A stretch of 64,000 nt of DNA from an uncultured Actinomycetota bacterium. GTDB taxonomy: Bacteria; Actinomycetota; Actinomycetes; Actinomycetales; Dermatophilaceae. Of this stretch, positions 1 through 9,084 are shown one piece after another (position 1 is the first letter of the stretch; each line of letters opens with the position of its first letter). A model generated the notes under the pieces. It ran no database searches, was not told the DNA's origin, and saw only the letters and a list, made by a program, of their open reading frames with translations. The stretch is from positions 1,780-65,779 of the forward strand of contig CAVYKM010000036.1 of NCBI GenBank assembly GCA_963769085.1, given 5' to 3'. The translations under genes were made by a program, and so were the position numbers.

Positions 1-478
1 GCGTGTGGGGTTGGAGATCATCGCGTCGTGCTTGCAGGCAAGGCGGCACATGCCACTGAGCACGGAGCGGCATGTCCTGGCGAGTGCTGGTCCGTGGTTG
101 GCCTTGACTGCCGCCAGGTGGTTGTCGATGAGGCCGACGCTCAGCTCGCGGATCCTGACATTGCCCAGGGCTGGGAGGATTCTGCTTATCGAGGCGGTCG
201 CGGTAGAGCTGTATGGTGCTCGGGCTGAGGTCGCTGCCCCGGACCTCGTCGAACCACACTTCCGCGAGGACGCCGAGCCGGGTCTCGGGCGTGATGCGTT
301 GGCGGTCGTTGGCATGCGTCCTGTCTCGCAGTGCCTGGGCGAGCGCCTGCTGTGCTCTGCTCTGGCTTGAGCCCGAGCGCTGAACGAGCCGGCTCCTGCC
401 GTCCATGTCACGGTAGAGCGCTCGGGCGGTCCACCCGCCGTCGGTCTTGTTGGTGAGCACCTTGCCCGCTGTGCCCAT
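1..478 (-). pseudogene. phage-type tyrosine integrase, N-terminal part (gene runs off the window start); reading frame breaks near ~180
   Basis: Minus-strand ATG at 478. Translation is MGTAGKVLTNKTDGGWTARALYRD...LSPSTIQLYRDRLDKQ, then continues in another frame as ILPALGNVRIRELSVGLIDNHLAAVKANHGPALARTCRSVLSGMCRLA. This is the typical integrase N-terminal SAM-like domain. The gene lies next to a tRNA-like fragment. Confidence 0.6.
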
Positions 479-680
479 GGCGAGCTGAGGACGTCCGGTT
501 CTGGCCACGCCACAATAGTACGGTCAGAGTCATCATTTAGTCATCGAAAACAAAGGCGATGGACGCCAACGGTTGAGAATCGATGTCAGCATCAGGAAGA
601 CATCCTCCCAGGTCAGTGGGCATAAGACGGTCACCTCTGCACGTTGATGCCAACTGTTGAAAGGCCCGGACCCTTACTCA

Positions 681-712
681 CTGGGTTCGGGGTTCGAATC
701 CCTGGCGGCGCA
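681..712 (+). other. tRNA 3'-end-like fragment (T-arm plus acceptor 3' strand); probable att site remnant
   Basis: CGGGG-TTCGAAT-CCCTG T-arm followed by GCGGCGC-A. No complementary 5' acceptor strand (GCGCCGC) and no D-arm upstream, so this is not a complete tRNA. Confidence 0.4.
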
Positions 713-732
713 CAACTCAAGTCTGGCGCCAC

Positions 733-833
733 GCGGCAGTTCGAGCCATGTCGGCAGATCTGCCAAAAGTCGGCAGCTACAACTGCCGCCTTGCGCCATG
801 AACTGCCGTCTTGCTCGATAACTGCCGACTTGC
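733..833. repeat. dense CGGCAG/CTGCCG hexamer array including three tandem AACTGCCGNCTTGC direct repeats
   Basis: Direct repeats at 781-794, 801-814 and 820-833, spaced 19-20 bp. Palindrome GGCAGATCTGCC at 753-764. Inverted CGGCAG-N6-CTGCCG at 771-788. One more CGGCAG near 735. Confidence 0.6.
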
Positions 834-853
834 CAGGGCCCACAGCCGCTCGC

Positions 854-1192
854 TCACAGGTACAGCCCGGTCGTGCCGTCCTCGACGCGCGTGGCGGCCA
901 CCGCGTGGATGTCCTTCTCGCGCAGCAGGATGTAGTCCTTGGACTGCAGCTCCACCTCGTGGCGGTCCTCCGGGTCGAACAGCACCCGGTCGCCGACCTG
1001 GATGTGACGCACGGCGTTGCCGGTCGCGACGACGCTGGCCCACGCGAGCCGCTTGCCGACCGACGCCGTGGCGGGGATGAGGATGCCGCCGCCCGACGTG
1101 CGCTCGCCCTTCTCGGCATCGACCGAGACCAGGACCCGGTCCCACATCATGCGGATGGGCAGGCGCTCGCCTGCGGCCTCGGGGCGGGGCAT
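854..1192 (-). CDS. GroES/Cpn10-family co-chaperone-like protein
   Basis: LPIRMMWDRVLVSVDAEKGERTSGGGILIP...VGDRVLFDPED fits the Cpn10 pattern. Start taken at the internal ATG of ORF 854..1312. Confidence 0.7.
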   Translation of the reverse strand: MPRPEAAGERLPIRMMWDRVLVSVDAEKGERTSGGGILIPATASVGKRLAWASVVATGNAVRHIQVGDRVLFDPEDRHEVELQSKDYILLREKDIHAVAATRVEDGTTGLYL

Positions 1193-1211
1193 ACCCACGT
1201 GCGCGCCTGCG

Positions 1212-1475
1212 TCAGCTGAGCATCCGCCGCAGCAGGCCGATGCCCAGGAGCACGGCTGCCGAGGCGCCAAGAACCGCCGAGATCCGCTCGGTCCGAAGCG
1301 TGCCGTCCTCATTGCGAGTAGCCCGGGTGAACCGCACCTTGGCCGAGTCCACCTCCCGGCGCACGATGGTCCGCGGCTTCGCCCGGTACGCCAGCTCGTC
1401 GATGGTTGCCGCCAGCCGCTTCCGCGTCGTAGCGATCTCGGCCTCGATCTGGGCCATCGACCGGTTCCCGCTCAT
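1212..1475 (-). CDS. DUF3618-like small membrane-anchored protein
   Basis: 87 aa. N-terminal IEAEIATTRKRLAATIDELAYRAKP helix and a C-terminal TM segment. Confidence 0.65.
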   Translation of the reverse strand: MSGNRSMAQIEAEIATTRKRLAATIDELAYRAKPRTIVRREVDSAKVRFTRATRNEDGTLRTERISAVLGASAAVLLGIGLLRRMLS

Positions 1476-1505
1476 CCGAAGGCTCCCTTCGTCCTCACCG
1501 CCACC

Positions 1506-1973
1506 CTACAGACCGAGGTCGCTGCGCAGCTTGGCGACATGGCCGCCCGCCTTGACGTTGTACCGGGCGTCGACAATGGTTCCGGACTCATCCACGACGA
1601 AGGTCGAGCGGATCACGCCCCGGACGGTCTTGCCGTACATCGACTTCTCGCCGAACGCGCCATACGCCTGCAGCACCGCCTTGTCCGGGTCGGAGAGCAA
1701 CGTGATCGTCAGGCCTTCCTTCGCGCGGAACTTGGCCAGTTTCGCGGGGGAGTCCGGGGAGATGCCGAGCACGGCATACCCCTTGGCGGCCAGCGCGTCC
1801 AGCGAGTCGGAGAAGTCACACGCCTGCGTGGTGCAGCCAGGTGTCATGGCCGCCGGGTAGAAGTAGACAATGACCTTGCGCCCGGCGTAGTCGGCAAGCG
1901 AAACCTGCGCTCCCGTGTCGTCGGTGAGGGTGAAGGTGGGGGCAGGGTCGCCCACCGCCAAGCGGTCGGTCAC
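1506..1973 (-). CDS. bcp: thiol peroxidase / peroxiredoxin Bcp
   Basis: YFYPAAMTPGCTTQAC peroxiredoxin motif. GTG start at 1973 with GAGGAG about 8 nt upstream. Confidence 0.9.
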   Translation of the reverse strand: MTDRLAVGDPAPTFTLTDDTGAQVSLADYAGRKVIVYFYPAAMTPGCTTQACDFSDSLDALAAKGYAVLGISPDSPAKLAKFRAKEGLTITLLSDPDKAVLQAYGAFGEKSMYGKTVRGVIRSTFVVDESGTIVDARYNVKAGGHVAKLRSDLGL

Positions 1974-1993
1974 GGCATACTCCTCGTGGTTGC

Positions 1994-2018
1994 TTATTGC
2001 AAAGTGTTCGCAATAAGA
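1994..2018. promoter_or_regulatory. AT-rich palindrome CTTATTGC-N9-GCAATAAG containing TTGCAA-N5-TCGCAA (Nur/Fur-family-box-like)
   Basis: Perfect 8-nt inverted arms in the bcp/cbiM divergent intergenic region. Strikingly AT-rich for this genome. Confidence 0.4.
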
Positions 2019-2089
2019 TTGCGCGCGTCGAACGCGCGAGCACACCGTACCGAACGCCCGCCGGCGCACCCGCACTCGAGGAGGCCATC

Positions 2090-2779
2090 ATGCACGTGCC
2101 CGACGGGTTCCTCGACGCCCCCACCTCCATCGCGACCGGCGTCGTCGCGGTGGGCGCGGTCGCCGCGTCACTGCGTGGTGCCAGACGTGAGCTCGACGAC
2201 CGCACCGCTCCGCTCGCCGGCCTCGTCGCAGCCTTTGTCTTCGCCGCCCAGATGATCAACTTCCCCGTCGCCGCCGGGACATCGGGGCATCTGCTCGGCG
2301 GCACGCTCGCGGCGGTCCTCGTCGGCCCGTGGACCGCCACCTTGTGCATCACCGTCGTCCTCATCGTGCAAGGGCTGCTCTTCGCGGACGGGGGCCTGAC
2401 CGCCCTCGGCACGAACATCACGCTCATGGGGGTCATCGGGGTGTGGGTGGGGTATGCCGTGTTCCGGCTCGCGCTCTTGGCCTCGCCCAAGCGCATCTCC
2501 AGCGTCCCGGTCGCTGCCGCCGTCGGCGGGCTCGTCTCCGTGCCGGTGGCCGCGCTCGCGTTTGCGGGCCTGTACGCCATCGGCGGGACCGCACCGATTC
2601 CCCTCGCCGCCCTGGCGGCCGCCATGGTCGGCGTCCACGCGTTCATCGGCGTCGGGGAGGCGGTCATCACGGCAGTCGTCGTCGGCAGCGTCGTCGCGGT
2701 CCGCCCCGATCTCGTCTACGGCGCCCGGGGCGTCCTCCGCGCCCGCCAGCTGCCGTCCCGTCCGGGGGTGACAGCATGA
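2090..2779 (+). CDS. cbiM: ECF transporter substrate-capture component CbiM/NikM (Co/Ni)
   Basis: N-terminus MHVPDGFLD, multiple TM segments, GGAGG RBS. Confidence 0.9.
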   Translation: MHVPDGFLDAPTSIATGVVAVGAVAASLRGARRELDDRTAPLAGLVAAFVFAAQMINFPVAAGTSGHLLGGTLAAVLVGPWTATLCITVVLIVQGLLFADGGLTALGTNITLMGVIGVWVGYAVFRLALLASPKRISSVPVAAAVGGLVSVPVAALAFAGLYAIGGTAPIPLAALAAAMVGVHAFIGVGEAVITAVVVGSVVAVRPDLVYGARGVLRARQLPSRPGVTA

Positions 2780-3135
2780 ACGCCCGGGCACGAGGCCGGT
2801 TGCTCTGGGTGGCCGGGCTGCTCGCCGCATTGCTCGTCGCGGGCGTCGTCAGCTTCTATGCCTCCGCAGCGCCCGACGGTCTAGAACGGGTCGCCGAGGA
2901 CCACGGCATCGCCGAGCAGGCGGGCGAGCACCCCGCGGAGGGGTCGCCACTGGCTGACTACCAGACCAGCGGGGTCCAAGACGAACGCCTGTCCGGCGGT
3001 CTCGCTGGCGTGATCGGGGTTGGCGTGGTCCTTGTGCTCGGCTCCGGGCTCATGTGGGCGGTCCGGCGTCGCGGCACGGACGACCACTTCGCTGCCGTCA
3101 CGTCGGAGCAGACAGCGTCACCTCATGGGGGCTGA
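2776..3135 (+). CDS. PDGLE-domain membrane protein (CbiN-like accessory component)
   Basis: AAPDGLERVAED motif and terminal TM helices. ATGA overlap with the cbiM stop. Confidence 0.75.
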   Translation: MNARARGRLLWVAGLLAALLVAGVVSFYASAAPDGLERVAEDHGIAEQAGEHPAEGSPLADYQTSGVQDERLSGGLAGVIGVGVVLVLGSGLMWAVRRRGTDDHFAAVTSEQTASPHGG

Positions 3136-3889
3136 GCACGGTCACACGGTCTACTACCACGGCCATTCGCTCGTGCATCGCCTCCCGGCGCACCTGAAGA
3201 TCGTTGCCTTGCTGGGCTACGTGCTGCTCGTCGTGGCCACGCCACGCGAGCTGCTGTGGCCGTATGCCGTGCACCTGGCCACCCTGTCCGTCGCGGTGCT
3301 CGTCTCGCGCGTGCCACCGGCATACCTGCTGCGCCGTCTCGTCATCGAGGTGCCGTTCGTCGTCTTCGCGGCGCTACTACCGTTCGTCGCCACCGGTCCG
3401 CGCATCACCGTGCTCGGCCTGTCGGTGTCAGAGCCCGGGCTGCAGGGCGCCTGGGCACTGCTCGCCAAGGGGACTCTTGGCGTGCTGGCCGCACTGCTGC
3501 TGGCCGCCACGACCGAGCCACGCGACCTGCTCGCCGGGCTGGCCAGGCTGCGAGTCCCGCGCCAGCTGGTCGAGATCATGGGCTTCATGGTGCGCTACCT
3601 GGACCTCATCGCCGGGGAGATGCGCCGGATGCGCATCGCCCGGGCCTCTCGCGGGTTTCGGGCCCGCTCGCCGCAGCAGTGGCCGGTGCTGGGCCGCTCG
3701 GCGGGCGCCCTGTTCATCCGCTCCTACGAGCGGGGCGAGCGGGTCCACCTGGCCATGCTCTCCCGGGGCTACACCGGCTCGCTGCCCGTCGCGGCCCCCG
3801 CTGCCCTGCCGCCAGGGCAGTATGCCGTGGCCGCGCTCCTTCCCGCCGCGGCGTTGCTGACCACGGCGCTGGCGTGGAGCCTGCGGTGA
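3125..3889 (+). CDS. cbiQ: ECF transporter transmembrane (T) component CbiQ
   Basis: Polytopic protein with ...EMRRMRIARASRGF... typical of CbiQ/EcfT. Operon position supports the call. Confidence 0.85.
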   Translation: MGAEHGHTVYYHGHSLVHRLPAHLKIVALLGYVLLVVATPRELLWPYAVHLATLSVAVLVSRVPPAYLLRRLVIEVPFVVFAALLPFVATGPRITVLGLSVSEPGLQGAWALLAKGTLGVLAALLLAATTEPRDLLAGLARLRVPRQLVEIMGFMVRYLDLIAGEMRRMRIARASRGFRARSPQQWPVLGRSAGALFIRSYERGERVHLAMLSRGYTGSLPVAAPAALPPGQYAVAALLPAAALLTTALAWSLR

Positions 3890-4629
3890 GCACGCCCGTC
3901 CTGGACGTACGTGGCCTCGGCTACGCCTACCCCGACGGCCATCAGGCGCTCTACGGTGTCGACCTACACGTCCACCGGGGCGAGCGGGTGGCCCTGCTCG
4001 GTCCTAACGGGGCCGGCAAGACCACGCTCGTGCTGCATCTCAACGGCATCCTCACTCCCGGTGCCGGGTCGGTCGCGGTGTCCGGCCTCCCTGTGACCAA
4101 GGCCAACCTGCCCGAGATCCGCCGCCGGGTCGGCATCGTCTTCCAGGACCCGGACGACCAGCTGTTCATGCCCAGGGCGCGCGACGACGTCGCGTTCGGC
4201 CCGATGAACCTCGGGCTGCGCGGCGCCGAGCTGGACCGCCGCGTCGCGCACGCGCTCGCCGTCGTGGGGATGACGGCATACGCGGACCGGCCCCCGCACC
4301 ACCTGTCCTTCGGCCAGCGCCGCCGCGTCGCCGTTGCCACGGTGCTGGCCATGCAGCCGGAGATTCTGGTGCTGGACGAGCCGTCGTCCAACCTGGACCC
4401 CGCGTCGCGCCGCGAGCTCGCCGACATCGTCACGAGCCTCGACGTCACCGTGCTGATGGTGACCCACGACCTGCCCTACGCCCTGCAGCTGTGCGAGCGG
4501 TCGGTCATCCTCTCGGACGGCGTCATCGTGGCGGACGGACCGACTCGCGACGTCCTTTCCGACGCCGAGCTCATGGCAGCGCACCGGCTCGAGCTCCCGT
4601 ACGGCTTCGATCCCTCGCTGACCCGCTGA
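3886..4629 (+). CDS. cbiO: ECF transporter ATPase CbiO
   Basis: Walker A GPNGAGKTT, signature LSFGQRRR, Walker B ILVLDEP. GTGA overlap with the cbiQ stop. Confidence 0.9.
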   Translation: MSTPVLDVRGLGYAYPDGHQALYGVDLHVHRGERVALLGPNGAGKTTLVLHLNGILTPGAGSVAVSGLPVTKANLPEIRRRVGIVFQDPDDQLFMPRARDDVAFGPMNLGLRGAELDRRVAHALAVVGMTAYADRPPHHLSFGQRRRVAVATVLAMQPEILVLDEPSSNLDPASRRELADIVTSLDVTVLMVTHDLPYALQLCERSVILSDGVIVADGPTRDVLSDAELMAAHRLELPYGFDPSLTR

Positions 4630-4649
4630 CGGCCCCAGCCGCCGCACCG

Positions 4650-5975
4650 CTAGCTCTCCCAGCGAGGCTCGTCCGAGCCCCAGGGATGCGGGGCGAACGG
4701 GTAGGCGTCGAGCCCCGGCAGGGAGAACGCCGGCCGCGACTGCACCAGCCGGCCGTATGCCGTGTCGCTGGCGGTGAGGTAAGGCTCGGACTCGGGCGGG
4801 ATGTCTGCCTCCAGCGGCCCGGGGCCGTGGTTGAGCAGCCAGCTCGCCGTGGCCGCCAGGTGCGCGTCGACCCGCCACGTCCGGCCCTCGAACTCGCGAC
4901 GCCACAACGCCGTGAGCACCCCCGCGGCGAGCAGGTACCCGGTGGCGTGGTCCAGCGCCTGCACCGGCAGGACGCTTGGCGTGACGCCGTCGGCCGACTC
5001 GGCCCAGGCGATCCCAGAGGCGGCCTGCACGATGCTGTCAAAGCCACGCCGGTTCGCCCACGGCCCGGTCGGCCCCCACGCCGAGAGGGAGGCGTGGATG
5101 ACCGACGGGTAGCGGGCGGCCACCGTCTCCGCGTCGAGCCCGTATCGAGCCAGCGCTCCTGGCCGGTAACCGGTAACCAGGATGTCGGCCTCGGCCAGCA
5201 GCTCATGCAGGCGAGCGAGGTCGGCGGGCCGACGCAGGTTCAGCAAGGTGGTGCGCTTGCCCGCACCTGTGTCCAGATGCACCTCCGGGACCTCGGGCAG
5301 GTTCGGGTCGTCAACGCGCAGCACGTCGCACCCCAGGTAGGCCAGGGTTCGGGTGGCCACCGGCCCCGCGACCACCCGGGTCAGGTCGAGCACCTTGGGC
5401 CGCTCCAAGGGCCTCGGGCGGGCCCGACCGACCGCACGCACGTTCACCAGCCGCAGACCGGAGGCGGCCCGACCCGCCTCTGACGCAGTCCACTCGGCCT
5501 GCTGACGAGCCCGCACCGCGACGCCTCCGGCGGCCATGAGCCGCTCCTCGACCTGTTGGGCTGTCTGGGAGCACAGCGCTGCGGCCAGCTCCTCGCGCCC
5601 GGCATCCGGGTCCAACCCGAGCAGGTTCGCGAGCGCGGCGCGGTGGTGGGAGTAGTTGGCGTGGGTGCGGAGCCAACCCTCCGCTGTGGGGAAGAACCCC
5701 GACCATGGGCCGAAGCCCTCCGACCGACGCCCGTCGATGGTCTGCACCTGCTCGCCGAGCATGGCCACCCGCACCTGGGCGGGGTTCACGTCGATGCGGC
5801 CGGTGTTGAGCAGCGCCTCGGCGGCCAGTCCGGCGGCCGCCACTGACCCAACCGCGAGCTCGTCGGTGGGCAGCCGCCCGGGGAGGAAGCGCCCTGGTCC
5901 GGTCTCCAGGTGCGCAGCGGCATACCCGGCCTCCATCCCCAGCAAGGGCAGCGCGTCACGGAGCAACCGGTTCAC
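4650..5975 (-). CDS. family III CoA-transferase (CaiB/BaiF-like) with N-terminal extension
   Basis: VLDLTRVVAGPVATRTLAYLGCDVLRVDDP...ADILVTGYRPGALARYGL. This is the C-terminal third of the stop-free 1099-aa ORF. The GTG 5975 start is tentative. Confidence 0.75.
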   Translation of the reverse strand: MNRLLRDALPLLGMEAGYAAAHLETGPGRFLPGRLPTDELAVGSVAAAGLAAEALLNTGRIDVNPAQVRVAMLGEQVQTIDGRRSEGFGPWSGFFPTAEGWLRTHANYSHHRAALANLLGLDPDAGREELAAALCSQTAQQVEERLMAAGGVAVRARQQAEWTASEAGRAASGLRLVNVRAVGRARPRPLERPKVLDLTRVVAGPVATRTLAYLGCDVLRVDDPNLPEVPEVHLDTGAGKRTTLLNLRRPADLARLHELLAEADILVTGYRPGALARYGLDAETVAARYPSVIHASLSAWGPTGPWANRRGFDSIVQAASGIAWAESADGVTPSVLPVQALDHATGYLLAAGVLTALWRREFEGRTWRVDAHLAATASWLLNHGPGPLEADIPPESEPYLTASDTAYGRLVQSRPAFSLPGLDAYPFAPHPWGSDEPRWES

Positions 5976-6017
5976 GGCATACCGTCCCCCCGGCCAAGCC
6001 CACCCCTCATGACCACG

Positions 6018-6097
6018 TGCGCACGGCGGGAGTCGAACCCGCACGCCGAGGCACAGGAACCTAAATCCTGCGTGTCTGCCAGTTCCACCACGTGCGC
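6018..6097 (-). tRNA. tRNA-Leu (anticodon TAG)
   Basis: Acceptor GCGCACG/CGTGCGC, anticodon arm CAGGA-TTTAGGT-TCCTG, 11-nt variable arm, T-arm GCGGG-TTCGACT-CCCGC, discriminator A. CCA is not encoded. Confidence 0.85.
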
Positions 6098-6169
6098 CCC
6101 CCGCACACTGTACCGAGCGACGGGTGTGGTAAACCGGGCCAAAAGGCCTGCCGGGAGCCGCGATGTAGG

Positions 6170-7712
6170 TCAGCCCACCCGGACGACGACGCTGTGATAA
6201 CCGGTCGCGCCGTCCGGGGCGGGCGGGGCCTGCTGGTCGGTCTGCCACTCCCCGGTATTGTCCCGGGCCCGCACCGTCAGCGTGTGTGACCCGCGCGGGG
6301 CGTCCCACTGGTACACCCACTGCCGCCACGAGTCGACCGTGGGCTCCCCGGCCAGCCGGGCGTCCTGCCATCCTCCCGTCGTCAACGCGAACCTGCACAC
6401 CGGTGATCCCGCGGTGCATCGCCCAGGCAACCCCGGCCACGGCCACCTGGCCGGCGCTCACCTGCGCGCCGGCCCGCGGCACGTCGATTCGTGACTGGGT
6501 CTTCACCGGGCCCAAGGCCGACCAGCCGCGAGGCGTCCAGTACCCCTCGTCGACGGCGAACCGGGTCACCTTGAGCTCGGTCACCCACTTGGTGGCCGAG
6601 ACATAGCCGTACAGACCCGGCACGACCAGGCGCACCGGGAAGCCGTGCTCGAACGGCAGCGGCTCGCCGTTCATCCCGATCGCCAGCAGCGCGTCCCGCC
6701 CGTCGGTGAGCACCGACAGCGGAGTTCCCGCGGTCCATCCGTCGGCGCTGCGGGACAGCACCATGTCCGTGCCGGGGCGCGGGCCGGCCTGCGCGAGCAG
6801 CTCACGCACCGGCCATCCGAGCCACAGCGCGTTGCCGACGAGCGGGCCGCCGACCTCGTTGGACACGCACGACAAGGAGGTATGCCGTTGCACGAGCGGC
6901 TTGGCGAGCAGCTCGGCCCAGGTCAACCGCACCTCGTGGTCAACCTCGCCCCACACCCGCAGCGACCAGTCCTCGGCAGTCAGCCGCGGCACGACGAGGG
7001 CCGTGTCGATGCGGTAGAAGTCCGCGTTCGGCACGATCCACGACGTCACCCCGGCGACGTGCAGGTCGGCGTCCCCGGCCGGGGGTGCGAGCCCGTCGGT
7101 GGGCAGTCGGAGGGCGTCGCGCGAAGCGGTGGCGGCCGTTCCGCCCCGTCCGGACACGGGAGCGAACAGCCCCAGTGCGAGCAGCGAGCAGGCCAGCTCG
7201 ATCACGCTGCGCCGGGTCGGCCCGCGCTCGCGGGTCGCCGCGCTGTGCAGCGACCACACGCTGACCACGCCGCCCGCGAGGGTGGGCACCGCGTCAACCG
7301 GGCCGGCGTTCGGCCGGCTCAGCACCGCCCACAGCGCAACCCCTGCGATGAGCGCCATCCCGACCTGCGCGAGAGTGGGCCGGGTGCGCGCGAGCAGACC
7401 CAGGACGGCAAAGAGCGCGGCCAGCACGATCGCCATCCCGACGAACAGCGCTGCCTTGTCGGCCGTGGCGAATGTGGCCACGGCGAAGTCCTTCAGCCAC
7501 GGCGGGGTCGCGTCGACAAAGGCCGCGCCGACCGCGAGCATCGGCGACGGGTTGCCGCCGGTGAGCCCGAGCGCGGACACCACCACCGCCAGCACGGTCG
7601 CCACCGCGAGCCCGAGGGCCCCCGCGGCCAGGCCCCGGAGCGCCCAGCGCAGCCGACGTCGGCGGACCCGCTCGGCCTCGCCGGGCGGCACGGTGCCCGA
7701 CGGAGTGGTCAT
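6170..7712 (-). pseudogene. membrane-anchored molybdopterin-dependent (sulfite-oxidase-family) oxidoreductase; one frame break near ~6375
   Basis: N-terminal TM region followed by SLSCVSNEVGG...GFPVRLVVPGLYGYVSATKWVTEL. After VQVRVDDG the homology continues in ORF 6170..6430 (WQDARLAGEPTVDSWRQWVYQWDAPRGSHTLTVRA). ATGA overlap with the rdgB stop. Confidence 0.75.
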
Positions 7713-8344
7713 GGCCCGAGCAGCCGGCCCAGGTGCGGCGCCAGTGCGCGGAACGCCCGGCCACGATGGGAGATGGCGTTCTTCTCCTCCTTGGTGTGCT
7801 CGGCCAGCGTGCGGGTGTCGCCGTATGGGATGAGGATCGGGTCGTAGCCAAAACCATTGGTGCCGCGAGGATCCCGAGCCAGCCGGCCCAGCAGCCGGCC
7901 GTAGGTGGCGGCGCTGCGCCCGTCGGGAAGGGCCACGACGGCGGCGCATGTGAAGGACGCGGCGCGGTACGCGTCGGGCACGTCGGCAAGCTGGTCCAGC
8001 AGCAGCCGCACGTTGACCTGGTCGCGTTCGGGGCGAGTCAGGTTGGACCCACCCAGCGACCCGGACCAGCGGGCGCTGAAGACCCCGGGGCTACCGCCCA
8101 GCACGTCGACCGTGATCCCGGAGTCGTCCGCGACGACCGCCATCCCCGTCGCCTCGACCAACGCGGTGGCCTTGAGCCGGGCGTTGCCTTCGAAGGTCAC
8201 CTCCGTCTCGGCGACGTCCGGGGCGTCGGGGAAGTCCGCGACGGAGAGCAGCTGCAGGCCCAGGTCCTCGGCGACCTCGGCGAGGATGTGGCGCAGCTCG
8301 CCAACCTTGTGCTCGTTGCGGGTGGCGAGGACCAGGCCGGTCAT
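7709..8344 (-). CDS. rdgB: non-canonical purine NTP pyrophosphatase RdgB/HAM1
   Basis: [14 protein letters not shown]...FGYDPILIP...SHRGRA motifs. Confidence 0.9.
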   Translation of the reverse strand: MTGLVLATRNEHKVGELRHILAEVAEDLGLQLLSVADFPDAPDVAETEVTFEGNARLKATALVEATGMAVVADDSGITVDVLGGSPGVFSARWSGSLGGSNLTRPERDQVNVRLLLDQLADVPDAYRAASFTCAAVVALPDGRSAATYGRLLGRLARDPRGTNGFGYDPILIPYGDTRTLAEHTKEEKNAISHRGRAFRALAPHLGRLLGP

Positions 8345-9084
8345 GCTCGCACTCTCGGCTCGGCGGCCAGCGCCGCCCGCTGAGCTGCGGCGAGCTGGGT
8401 GCAGCCGACGGCGGCGAGGTCGAGCAGCCGCCCCAGCACCGCGCGGTCGAACGGCTCCCCCTCCGCGGTGCCCTGCACCTCGACGAAGCGCCCGTCGCCC
8501 GTCATGACGACGTTCATGTCGGTGTCCGCGTCGGCGTCCTCGACGTAGTCCAGGTCGAGCACCGGCTCCCCGTCGACGACCCCGACTGAAACGGCCGCCA
8601 CCGAGCCCGTGAGGGGCTCGTCATCGGCGTCGACGAGCCCCAGGCGGCGGGCCTGCGTGACAGCGTCGGCGAGGGCGACGTAGGCGCCGGTGACGGCGGC
8701 CGTCCGGGTGCCGCCGTCGGCCTGCAGGACGTCGCAGTCCAGGATGATGGTGTTCTCGCCGAGGGCCCGCAGGTCGATGACGGCGCGCAGCGACCGCCCG
8801 AGCAGCCGGGAGATCTCATGGGTGCGCCCGCCGATGCGGCCTTTGACCGACTCGCGGTCCGATCGGGTGTTCGTGGCGCGCGGCAGCATGGCGTACTCCG
8901 CGGTCACCCACCCGCGGCCCTGCCCCTTGAGCCATCGCGGCACGCCCTCGGTGAACGACGCCGCACACAGCACCCGCGTGCGGCCGAACTCGACCAGAAC
9001 GCTCCCTTCGGCGTGGTCGAGCCAGTTGCGCGTGATCGTCACCGGGCGGGTCTGGTCGGGGGCACGGCCGTCGTGTCGGGTCAC
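8341..9084 (-). CDS. rph: ribonuclease PH
   Basis: [17 protein letters not shown]...[19 protein letters not shown]...[21 protein letters not shown] start. Confidence 0.95.
   Translation of the reverse strand: MTRHDGRAPDQTRPVTITRNWLDHAEGSVLVEFGRTRVLCAASFTEGVPRWLKGQGRGWVTAEYAMLPRATNTRSDRESVKGRIGGRTHEISRLLGRSLRAVIDLRALGENTIILDCDVLQADGGTRTAAVTGAYVALADAVTQARRLGLVDADDEPLTGSVAAVSVGVVDGEPVLDLDYVEDADADTDMNVVMTGDGRFVEVQGTAEGEPFDRAVLGRLLDLAAVGCTQLAAAQRAALAAEPRVRA

Noticed and set aside
636-712. A complete tRNA gene ending at 712.
   Set aside because: Only the T-arm and the 3' acceptor strand are present. There is no complementary 5' acceptor, no D-arm and no convincing anticodon stem. I kept it as an att-like fragment.
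1188-1194. An additional GGCATAC 7-mer at the GroES-like start codon.
   Set aside because: It is preceded by G rather than C, so it is not the full octamer. I excluded it from the count of 53.
1974-2089. Cobalamin riboswitch upstream of cbiM.
   Set aside because: The leader is only ~115 nt and is occupied by two short palindromes. No B12-box-like sequence is present.
1017-2255. 412-aa plus-strand ORF across the GroES-like, DUF3618 and bcp region (similarly 1816..2670).
   Set aside because: It runs antisense to genes with clear homology, and its Arg/Pro/Ala-rich translation is typical of off-frame ORFs in high-GC DNA.
4650-7949. A single 1099-aa minus-strand ORF.
   Set aside because: This is a stop-free GC-rich stretch that fuses three separate entities: the CoA-transferase (4650-5975), tRNA-Leu (6018-6097) and the Mo-oxidoreductase (to 7712). 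The upstream tail is antisense or out-of-frame to rdgB.
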